Assembly: GCA_032718475.1 (NCBI GenBank)
Contig: JAUCBJ010008457.1
Location: forward strand, 1 to 44,717
Direction of reading: 5' to 3'
Length of the DNA: 44,717 bases
Source of the DNA: Nemertoderma westbladi
Lineage: Eukaryota > Animalia > Xenacoelomorpha
This document shows positions 1-10,779 of this stretch, piece by piece. Positions within the stretch are counted from its first letter, which is position 1. Every line of letters starts with the position of its first letter. A program made the translations under genes and the position numbers. The notes under the pieces are model-generated. The model did not search any database, was not told where the DNA came from, and saw nothing but the letters and a program-made list of their open reading frames with translations.

Positions 1-958
1 CTGGCTGATCCTCACGGCGAAAGCAATGTCCTGCAAAGCGGAGGCGATTTTGTTCTAGTGTCAAGCTTGGGGGAACCAATGAGACACCTCCAATGTTATA
101 TAGTGTCTGGTTGGAGATGTGTGCATTGAACTTGACACAATGAACCCGGCGTATCATTCTTGTGAATGTGCCATCTAGAGATTTGGTGTCCTCAGCAGTT
201 AGAGCCCAGCATGGACTCCCATAGAGGAGTACTGGAACTACTGCTGTTCTAAATAACCGGACCTTAAGTTTCCGATTAATTCTCTGCGACTTCCAATTAT
301 CTGGAAAGCCTATTCAAGGCTGCACATGCCTTTCCCTTACGTTTTCGAAGGTCCTCACCTGACTTCCGGATCCATGATCCCAGGTAACAGAAGTCATCCA
401 CATGATCAAGCATACCATCTTTTGAGCTTATGCTCATCCGATCAGAGACTTGCTGAGGACTTTCAAAGTTAACTGTCAAAATTTTGGTCTTTCTGGAGTT
501 AATAAAAAGACCCCAAATACTCCTAAGTCATCAGCAAAGTCTAGATCAGTTAGGTACTTCGCAGGATTTCCTCGACTTCTGGAGCCAGTAGGTGGAGTTA
601 TCATCACCCCATCATCATTATGGTGATCTAAGGACATGCGTAGAACATAGTCAACAACAATTATGAACAAGAATGGTGCAAGTGTGTCTCCCTGGAGGAC
701 GCCCCATAACACTTCAAATGGTTATGTGTCACCGTCAACAGTAGACACAAATGTTGTCAAACCATCATATACTGATCTGATTGCTGCAATAATTTCATCA
801 GGAATCCCATATAATGAAAGTATGCTGAACATGCGTGAGCGAGAGACTGAATCAAAGGCCTTGAAGAAGTCAACAAAGATAACAGCCAGATGCCTGTCTT
901 TCTTTTTTGATAACTCTTCAATTATCCTTCTAAGTGCAATTTCTAGATATTGAGTGTT
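1..958 (-). mobile_element. Degenerate, 5'-truncated non-LTR retrotransposon (RTE-like LINE): reverse transcriptase and C-terminal region, running off the window start
   Basis: Minus-strand ORF fragments in shifting frames carry RT motifs IFVDFFKAFDSV, GVLQGDTLAPFLFIIVVDYVLR, LTDLDFADDL and FCYLGSWI. They continue to the RTE-type tail VLLYGSPCW...RLRFAGHCFR. Confidence 0.85.
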
Positions 959-1875
959 TATAATAGTGGTTGCTAGGGTCTCACTCGCTGTTGACATCGA
1001 AACACGTTTTATTCAAATTGCTCAAGGCTGAGAGAGCGACACCCTCGCTAATATCGATTAGTATGGTATTGTGGTCATGAATATGAGAGACTTTTTATGA
1101 GTATAAAATTGCACGGTTCATCACTTTGCTGCCGGACTAAAACCAATTAACGATTTTACTAATTATAAAGTTCCCCAAATTAATTAAAAATTTATCCAAT
1201 CCGGTTGCAATTAGTAAAACAGCTGATTCGTCAGCCTGGTTTGATGAACTTGATGAAATCGTACATTCAGGAGCGGCTGTATGCTATTATTGACTAAAAC
1301 TTTATACCAAACACCTCTACCTACCTAAATAACAGTCTGTAGTGAGCACCGGTGCAGGTATGGTAGGCCTACATGTTGGGCAGATATAGTGGAGGTTATT
1401 TTGGCACTGGTGAATACTATGAATACAGGAATACCCAAGTACTTCTGTACTTAGTGTACCCATCTGCCCATGTACAGTAATTGGCTGACAGGTAGTAAGT
1501 ACCCTTAGTGTTGTAGGCTATAGATGATTGACGTTCCTAGCAATGTTCTTAATGTAGGCATTTTACTGGAAGTTATTAATACCATACAGCCATAGTTTAC
1601 CCCAAAAAAACCCAAATTACCCCAAATCGCACCAAATCAAAATAAATCATGTAACAGACACCCAGGCTATATGATGATATGGATTAGATCAATGAAGCGG
1701 ATAGTGACCCTTGAAGGGCATCTTATGCATTCAAAGGAAAATATGATCAGACCCAAATCATGCAGTCAGACCAGATCTTTTGCTGATCAAATACCGGTAG
1801 GTGACTTTGCTGATATGCAGTAACATTTTACGGTACAATTTGATGCGAAAATGTTTTGGCCAGTACTTCCATTGC

Positions 1876-2470
1876 GGTCCCAGGTCATTCGCATACCACG
1901 GTCACTGTATCTGGCACCTGATTGGCTGAAATATTCAAACGCTGAAAACGTACCTAGGAGGCTAGGCCTTGACAATTTGTGATAAGATTTTATGCAAATA
2001 TGTTTTGGATGATGTTCTGAATCTCGCGTTGATGTCCCAAGTCACCCCCATACCATGGTCATCAGATACGGCGCCTGATTGGCTAATTCTTTGAACGACG
2101 ATAACTCGAGATTGCTTCTTTTTGGGATGAGGTTTGAAGGCTAGGACTATTCTCTGGAGGATGCCCTAACTTACTGATGATGTATATTGGGGTCCCAGGT
2201 CACTCATGTACCGTGGTCACTGTATCTGGCACCTGATTGGCTGGAATTTTCAAACGTTGAAAACGTACCTAGGCCTTGACATGTTATGGGATTTTATGCG
2301 AATATGTTTTGGATTGTATCTGAATCTCGTGTTGATGTCCCAAGTCACCCCCATACTGTGGTCACCAGATATGACCTGTGATTGGCCAATTCTTTGAATG
2401 ACGATAACTCGAGTTTGGGATAAAGTTTGAAGGCTAGGAATATTCTCTGGAGTATGCCCTAACTCACTGA
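1876..2470. repeat. Imperfect tandem duplication of about 300 bp (copies ~1876-2177 and ~2191-2470)
   Basis: Both copies start ggtcccaggtca..ggtcactgtatctggcacctgattggctg and end tattctctggag.atgccctaact.actga. Confidence 0.85.
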
Positions 2471-3039
2471 CGGTGTTTTATAGTCGTTGGATTGCCGGGT
2501 TTTGCTACGTGGTCTATGATTGGCTGATTAATGGCTGAAGGCTATTATCTTAAGAAGTATTCACTTTGGAATGATGAAGTTTATTTTAAAATGTTCTCTG
2601 CAGTGTTTCCGATCCCACTAAAGACATCCAATTGCTGTATGACTACAGGTTTCTCGCTTTTGGTTGTTTGAATATGCTTGAAAATTTTGCATATAAAATA
2701 GGCAGTTATTTTTTATGTCCTTTTATTTGACTTTTTTTGTCATTTTTTTTTACGAATTATGCATAATGACTTTTGTTGTCCTTTTAATGACTTTTATTGT
2801 CCTTTTAATGACTTTTTATGTATGTATTTCTTCAAACTGTCAGACTGCTGATTTCTGGACTGTCAGACGGTTGATTTCACTATGCCTGTGCCAAAACATT
2901 CCATGATTCCATGATTTATAGACTATGAGATTTCCATATGCGCCTGTGGTAAAAAGACTCTATATATTTAATAGTTTGTGGTTGTTGTCGATAATCGATT
3001 ACCACATGACGTAGCAAAACACTCATTTTATAGCTAAAA

Positions 3040-3689
3040 ACAATTACCAATTGATGGAAAGGAGCAGGTTAAGGCCGAGTTTTCTATCCAAAACAATAAA
3101 CAGTCACTTTACCAAATCAGGGAAAGGAGCATGTTACAGAGACGGGATTTTCTAACCAAAACAATAAACGATCACTTAACTAATTGAGGGAAAGGAGCAG
3201 GTTACAGAGGCGGGATTTTCTAACCAAAACAATAAACGATCACTTAACTTATTGAGGGAAAGGAGCAGGTTACAGAGGCGGGATTTTCTAAACAAAACAA
3301 TAAACGACCATTTAACTAATTGAGGGAAAGGAACAGGTTACAGAGGCGGAATTTTCTAACCAAAACAATAAACGATCACTTAACTAATTGAAGGAAAGGA
3401 GCAGGTTACAGAGGCGAGATTTTCTAACCAAAACAATAAACGATCATTTAACTAATTGAGGAAAAGGGGCAGGTTACAGAGGCGGGCCTTTCTAACCAAA
3501 ACAATAAACGGTCACTTTACCAATTCAGGGAAAGGAGCAGGTTACAGAGGCGGGATTTTCTAACCAAAAGCAATAAACGATCATTTAACTAATTGAGGGA
3601 AAGGGGCAGGTTACAGAGGCGGGATTTTCTAACCAAAACAATAAACGATCATTTAACTAATTGAGGGAAAGGAGCAGGTTACAGAGACG
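3040..3689. repeat. 68-bp minisatellite, about 9.5 copies
   Basis: Unit gggaaaggagcaggttacagaggcgggattttctaaccaaaacaataaacgatcacttaactaattga recurs at 3120, 3188, 3256 and onward. Confidence 0.95.
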
Positions 3690-4052
3690 ATAAAACTAAT
3701 ACAGTAATAGGCCTAAATTATGTGAAAGGTATATCCACATTTTCCACAATCCTGCTATCCAGTTTGGCCTATCAATTATTTAAAATTTATTAGCACAACC
3801 GGTAGGCCTACCATTACCGTATTTAAATGGTAGGCTACACAGTAGGCCTATAGCAGTACCGGTGCCGGTACTAAAATACATAAATACCTGCTTTATACCT
3901 ACCTACATCTGTACATACAATACATCAAAATAGTGCTATATATACTAATACCGGTACTGATATCCTGAGAGAACAGCAGTAGAGAAACCGGTAGCATGGA
4001 ATTAGACTTTTGGACATAAAAAATCAAAAAAAAGGACAAAAAAAGGATTTAA

Positions 4053-4780
4053 GGGGGGGGGGGGGGGGGGGGGGGGTACACCATTTTCGGACAACTCTTC
4101 GATTTATCACTCTCAGCGTTTCAAAATTGTTTGATTTTGGCTTAAATCTGGCATATAGGTGCCTAAGATGCTATTCTACATGACAGGTCAGAAAATTTTT
4201 TTTTTCGCTATTTAATATTAGTTAATACTAGTTAACAACAAAAAAAACTTGGTTGCGCTTAAAACCCTAAGGCTTTTACAGTTTTGAACGTAATCACATG
4301 AAAGTTTTTTTATATGATAGATCAAAGATGGGGCAACATAACTATCAGGCGAAATTTTGTTAAAATAATTCTGCACCGCTAGGTGGCGCTGCAAATTTAT
4401 GCAAATTTTTAGGTTTTTTATAAATAGTATTAAATTTTATTAACAAAAAATTTCGAAAAGTTGCCTGATACTTTTATGCAGGGTGGCTATGTAGACACCC
4501 ACAGGAATTTTCAGACTAATTGCTCAAAAATTGTAGAAGTAGTAGGGTTTTGAAGTTGACAATTTCATGAAAAAAATATTTGGAGATAATCGACCTTTCA
4601 TTATACATTGTAATAGTAATTTCAATAGGATTCCGTAAATGGAAATTTACATAACTTGAAAACTAAAAGAGCTATTATATAGCGGTTTTCAGATTTGGAA
4701 ACACCATTCAATGGTGCATTATAATAGACCATAAAAAAAATTTCGACATATTTTGGACCAAAATGGTGTACCCCCCCCCC
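4053..4780. mobile_element. Non-autonomous DNA transposon (MITE) with TTAA TSD, Kolobok-like termini
   Basis: TTAA at 4049-4052 and 4781-4784. Terminal inverted repeats G(n)tacaccatttt.gg.caa / ttggaccaaaatggtgtaC(n). Purine-first termini inside TTAA fit Kolobok better than piggyBac. No ORF. Confidence 0.75.
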
Positions 4781-5423
4781 TTAAACGGACAATAAAAATT
4801 ATTGCGTATAAAATATCAAGAAGAATTAATTTTTGCACAAGGAAATAATACTTAAATGCTCTCTGAATACACCTTCATAGGTTTTCTTTGTGATTTTAGA
4901 GCTTTAAAAGTTCAATATGAAATTTTTTATTAAATAATACTTTTTATGTTTTTTTGTTAATTTGAGTATTTCTGTATTTGCTGGTATTATATTTTGGGTG
5001 TTTTCTTTTGTTATTAATTTTGTTATTAATTATTTTTTATTAATCCAGGGAATATCCTTAGTAACTCAGGGTCCTCACTCACTAATTCAGGGACCTCCCT
5101 TGTTAGCTCAGGGTCCACCCTCGTTAATTCAGAACCTTTTGAATAATCTTTATTTATATTATAAGGTTTTCAAAGGTGCTGAATTAATTGATTGAAAATG
5201 GTTTTAAATGGCCACATTGTAATTCCATTTCGTGTGATGCGTTTTGTGCCACAAATTTTTGTAGTATTAATTGGGGGAGGGGGGGGGGGGGGGGGTCTAT
5301 GCGCCTGTCGATTTATACGAATCTACAGGCGCAACAAGAGTATTTGGAACATTATCATTATGCCCATGTATAGTTATACAGTATATGTTAGCCTACAGTA
5401 TAAACAAAATATTCTTAACAAAA

Positions 5424-6380
5424 TCGGAAGCAGGACAATTCGGTCCCGGACAATTCGGTCCCGGACAATTCGGTCCCATTAATTTTGTGATTTGGGACCG
5501 AATTGTCCGGGATCGAATTGCCGGGACGAAATTTAATTGGCACTACTGTACTATATAAGGGTGAATGTTCTAGAACCTTAATATATATCATTATATGGTA
5601 GCTAGTGTGTTTTTTTACTATAGCTAGTATTTTTTTGAAAATAAAAAATGTACTTTTTTTTGTTAACATTATTAGTTATGGTAGCTATTATGGTTTTTTT
5701 ATGGAGTTTGTGAATTATTTACTAGCTAGTAATAAATAGTATGTATTTAAAATGCGTTTTTTTATATATTGCGTACGTATACTGTATGTGTTGTTGATTG
5801 GTTAACAAGCCTAAATTATTATCTTAGATAATAGCTGGATCTCATTCAGGGACGGTAATATTGTTGGTAATTAATATAATCAGAAACAGTTTAGGCCTAA
5901 TTCTGAAATATCAATGTTTTCACAAGTATTTTTATAATTTCAAGGAAATGCTAGCTAGTAAAAAAAACACTAGCTACACCTTAATAAAAAATATATAATA
6001 ATGTTCTCGAACACTACCAATAACAAAAATAAAAAAAGTATAGTATTTTTAAAATTTCAAAAAATTATAGCAAGTAAATAACACTTAGCTACCATAAAAA
6101 AAATCTCTACTAATGTTCTAGAACATTCACCCCCAATATCAAAAAGCACTAAAAAGCTGCTATCAATTCGGTCCCGGACAATTCGGTCCCGGACAATTCG
6201 ATCCCGGACAATTCGGTCCCGGACTATTCGGTCCCGGATAATTCGGTCCCGGACAATTCGATCCCGGACAATTCGGTCCCGGACTATTCGGTCCCGGATA
6301 ATTCTGTCCCGGACAATTCGGGCCCGGACAATTCGGTCCTAGGACAATTCGGTCCTAGGACAATTCGGTCCTAGGACAAT
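5424..6380. repeat. Foldback-like repeat: 15-bp tandem arrays (ggacaattcggtccc) in both orientations around an AT-rich palindromic core
   Basis: Forward x3 at 5433-5477, reverse x2-3 at 5494-5528, forward x~14 at 6165-6380. The core gggtgaatgttctagaac (5559) is inverted at gttctagaacattcaccc (~6115-6133). A related core recurs at ~28750-28990. Confidence 0.8.
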
Positions 6381-7719
6381 TTATTTATTATTTATTTTAT
6401 ATATAATTGTAAATTGTAAATATACAATTTATTATTTACCATCAGCAACACGTACTAATAATGACTCGAGTAATACCGAAATATTCTAGAATACCCCATG
6501 GCCAACGCAGTCGGCCATGCATTCGCACGGCGCAAATAAATGCTCCATTTGCTCTCTTCACCTGGATTTATCTTATAAAATATAAAACAACTCATGAATG
6601 TGTTAAAACTATCTTGGAGTACTATTTAGTAACAGTGATTATGTATTCGGCTAATCGTATCAGAGTACATGAATTTTGTGATAATTATCACGAATAATGC
6701 CGACGTTTATGATGGTTCAATAATAATTTATTAGAAATTGGCAATATTGTACAACCAAGTTTCACCGGGGAAACCCCTGTTGTAGCAGTAATATTTAATA
6801 ATTACTCACCGCTGAGAAAAACGATAGTGATGTTGTTTTACTCGTTTTTAATGTCAATTATCACTCACTATTAACATGAATTAATGACATTTAATATGAC
6901 ATTGCATATAATAGTGATAAGATCAAAAGTATCTATAGTGGTCGAATATCAATATTGTACTGATTCAGAAGCCTGATTTACTATTGAATATTTAATTTTG
7001 ATAGAATTTTGTTAACTTTGTGTCAATAGAAGGTAGTGACAAACACACCACCTAGCGGTGTGGAATGAACTTTAATAGTAATTCAGTGAACAGTCCAACT
7101 AGTAACAATGGTTAGAACGACAATCTTATGTTAGTAGTGAAGATTCTGTCAATTACACTACAAGATTATTAAAATTAATAAAAAAGGGTTAAAGCGGCCG
7201 TAACATTTTGCAAATGGTCGGACAATCAACAGCTAATCTAATCGAAAACTAGTGTAATATTATATTCTACATATTTTTTTGATTATTTAACCATTGGTGT
7301 TTTCACACTGCTTTAAAAATTATATATATATACATATATTAAACACATATATATTAAGAAGCATTACTCACGTTTGTATCATCTGTGTTCTCAAGTTTTA
7401 TGGATGAAACTCTATCGGTTAAATATATCAAATTCAATCCATCATAAACCCCCACAGAGAAGGTCTCGCCGTTTCCCACATAATTTTTACTCCTATAAAA
7501 TATATAGAATTATTGGTAAATTATGGGGAAAGGAAGCAACAAAGGGAAACTATGAATTTCGGTGGATATTAACAAAGCATTATATAGGTAATATTTTCCT
7601 AGATACTAGAGCAATCACTTCCTTAGCAACACTGTGGTAATGCAGCATATGGCTATAAATCAATAATAATTATAACTGCATTTATATACAGATTTACATC
7701 AGTAAAGTTCAAAGGCTCC

Positions 7720-9503
7720 TTCGAATGCGGATGCTATACCGCATGCTATTGGCTATAGGCATCCATATCCCATATTCCTATATGGATGCTGTATGGCACA
7801 GGCGTTCAAGGATATACATAGTGGGAAGTATGGTGTCAGATACCTGAGCGTTCTTCTGGGAGGGATTGACTTTAAATAAATAGCCTGCTCAGGATTTACC
7901 AGAAGGACAACCCTGACCACCCCTAATATATCGATATGGTTCAAAATCCATAATGGAAGGATGTATTCTGACATTGCTCAATGCATGATCGATGGGAGGA
8001 CCTTTAAGACTAGCATATCACGTATGTCACGATGGAAATGTACATGGTAACAGCATTTGGGTGTTGAATGCTTAAGATGCTCATCGCAACCCAACCCAAA
8101 TCCTTCAATAAATTTGGATGGGTTGAGCTAGTAGTCCATGCATTCGCAGCTGTCAACAACATATTCCCCAAGGAAGTCCAGGCGGGTAAAGCGCAAACCC
8201 ACTGGTATCAACATGGACCAGCAAATATCGGCATGATGAAAGACCGACTGAAAACAATTGGTATGGACATATCGTTAAGCGACAATGTGGTAATGCCAGG
8301 TTTCGAATACATCGTTTCTGAGAAACCCTCTCTGGAATAGTTTGATATTACACAGCCCAAGCAAATTGTGGCGAGTGAGCCTGAAAATGATTCGAGTGTC
8401 AGAGTTCCGCTTTAGCGAAGGAGTCCTCCTACCACTTCCGACAACTGGCAGGCATTCTGGGTCTTCCATCAGCAATGCGAGGCTTCGTCGCCGTACTGGA
8501 TGCTGGGTGGAGAGAACTGGGTTGCAGAGATTGCGAGCCTCCGCCTTCAACAGGTAGAATGCAGTGTAGAATTCCAAGAGCAGCCATTCCCCACCCTAAT
8601 CCCCAAGACAATCACCAACATCATGCGGGTAGTTGCCACGAGATCTGATGACGAAGCCAAATGACCATCCACAGTACAAGCGGCTTCAGAGTTTACCCTC
8701 GACCCGATGAGAATCACTCACTGGTATCTGGAGCAGTCGCAATGGGTTACCCAACAAACTTAGTATACCCAACAAAGACTCGTTGGTTATAAACCAGGAT
8801 TCAAGATGGAGGACCATATGCGAACCAGTTTATGATTTGGGAAACAGTCTGAGAAAATTCTGCGAAAACGTAACAATAAAAAGATATATTATCAAGAGAA
8901 TGATGCGTTACAGATCAACCACAGGCCCCTGGAAGTCAGGGAGGTTTACAACTACTGTGTGACAAACAAGGGAGTGCTGTACTGTATGTACTGAGCCCGT
9001 CCAAGCCATGATATGAGAGTTTGCTCAGCTCTATGCACATGCGGATTCCGTGGCCACTCGGTGGATATTATTAAGTGCCAAAGAAAGACAGAGTGGCAAT
9101 AATCGCCAACTTGGCAATGTTCACCAACGTCCATATAAAGACGTGAGGTCGAAATAGCCTGACAATGATGGGTGGGAAAAGAGTAAGGGTTACTTCACCT
9201 TCCCCATGGATCTCAATAGGGAGAAACTCCCTTTTAGTTGAGAGAACCTACAAACCCCGAGGTAAGCAGCTTGACTTGCCTTAGCACCAACCCTGAAAGG
9301 GATTGCGAAGGGCGAGCAGTATGAAGAGGAAAGACATAATACCGACCCGATGGATTGATATGCAGCAGCACTGTTGCATTCTCTCACTGACCGACAGACA
9401 CCCAATGGACAGATGGGTGGCGCCAGTTAGTTTAGCACGAGCCTGAAAAGGCATCGGGGCATGATGACACTAGGCATCGTAAGGGATAGAACCGATGGAC
9501 TAC
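7720..9503 (+). pseudogene. Decayed coding-like relic of unknown origin (possibly viral), interrupted by the BEL insertion and continuing at ~25587-25690
   Basis: GC-richer island with long plus-frame stretches broken only by sporadic stops (e.g. ORF 8068-8340 reads on through single stops to ~8830). No recognisable motif. Confidence 0.35.
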
Positions 9504-10702
9504 TGTACGCGCTTTTGAAGACCTTTAGCAGTTTAACCTGCCAAAATTTATATGTCTTTTGGTTTATAAATAGACTTTAACATATGACAAGTATTTAATA
9601 CCAATAAACACAACATTAGCCGAAGCCAGCCTAGTGCGCGTCCATTCACCCGCTGGATATACCCGGGAGACTGGATTCGGAGGGCTTAGATTTTATTGCA
9701 GTGTAAGCTTACTGTATTATTCGATTGATCGTTAATAAATAATTTCTGACGAATATTATTCACTTTCGGGAAATATTAACAGTTCCTTTAGGACGTGGCG
9801 CTCTATCTAGGTAAACAGAGATATGACTTATACTAGACACAACGGTAAGACGGTAAGGCTTATGATTCACGTATGAGGCGCATTCTTTAGGAAATGCTTA
9901 GTTATCAGCCACAATCATGCACACTACCGGTACCGCACAATACTGCACACTAATCTGCCGACCGTCAATGAATTTTATCATACATAAAGAGAACAGCAAT
10001 TGACTCATGTAGTGCCTATCAAATAGCATTAAATTCACTACAAACCACGATAATATAAGTCGCAATCGCTATATGTAACCTGTCTCTCTAACCTGTAGTG
10101 TATCAAGAAAATTGGGAAATTTGGGTTATTTATCGATGTTCTCCAAGTAATAATATTCAACCAACTGATACAAATAATGACAACAGTAAATAGCAGTATA
10201 ATAATGTATGTTGCAGTGACTTGCACCGTGCACTGAACCGATAATGTAAGACTGAACTGATTGGGTTGCACTGATAACAGTTATACGTTCTATAATCTAA
10301 GCCTACTAATGTTTCTTCTAAAGTCTGAAACCAATTGACTCCAGAGCTGGTGTTCTTGGCCTAGATAGAAACAACAAAACTATAACACTGTAAGACTGAA
10401 CACGCCTAGTACGATCTGTAGAATATCTCCACGTCTAAAGTAAAAATCGCTCTGATTGGCTGTTAAGCTGAACAAAGAACCATGTGTCCAACGGCCGTTT
10501 CCATGCCAGCAACCAGCTGTCAGATGTCGTAATCTGAATCATCAAGGCTACACTGTGCTAGAGGATTTGACGCATTGCGGGTTTTGTGTCTTGCCATGTC
10601 CTCCAAAGCACACATATAGAAGAACAACTTTTATGTCCGTTAAAACACCCACACGGTACTTTGCGGGCAAGGGGACTGATTATATCCGCAAAAGCTTTTA
10701 CA
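9504..10702 (-). repeat. 3' LTR of the BEL/Pao element (1199 bp)
   Basis: TG...CA termini; near-identical to 24383-25581 (4 substitutions found by eye). Preceded on the minus strand by a short purine-rich tract (gggagcag), a weak PPT. Confidence 0.95.
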
Positions 10703-10779
10703 CTGCTCCCAGAAAATGGGATTCAAGTCTATAAATATACAAAATCACAGTTTCTAATATACGTAAATACTCTAAACAG

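Noticed and set aside
1137-1276. Possible terminal exon on the minus strand (catacAG|..APECTISS...IVNWF*)
   Set aside because: Short, no recognisable domain and no phase-compatible link to the crystallin exons.
4053-4076. Long poly-G/poly-C runs here and elsewhere as functional G-quadruplexes
   Set aside because: Mostly parts of MITE termini; homopolymer length is unreliable in assemblies.
6165-6380. 15-bp array as CRISPR or as a coding GQFGP repeat protein (also ORFs 5192-5669)
   Set aside because: No spacers; the ORFs are by-products of a repeat length divisible by 3.
6440-6557. Possible minus-strand exon bounded by AG/GT
   Set aside because: All three frames contain a stop.
10038-10734. 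Short ORFs within the LTRs (also 24917-25589)
   Set aside because: Duplicated only because they lie in the LTRs; non-ATG starts and no motifs.
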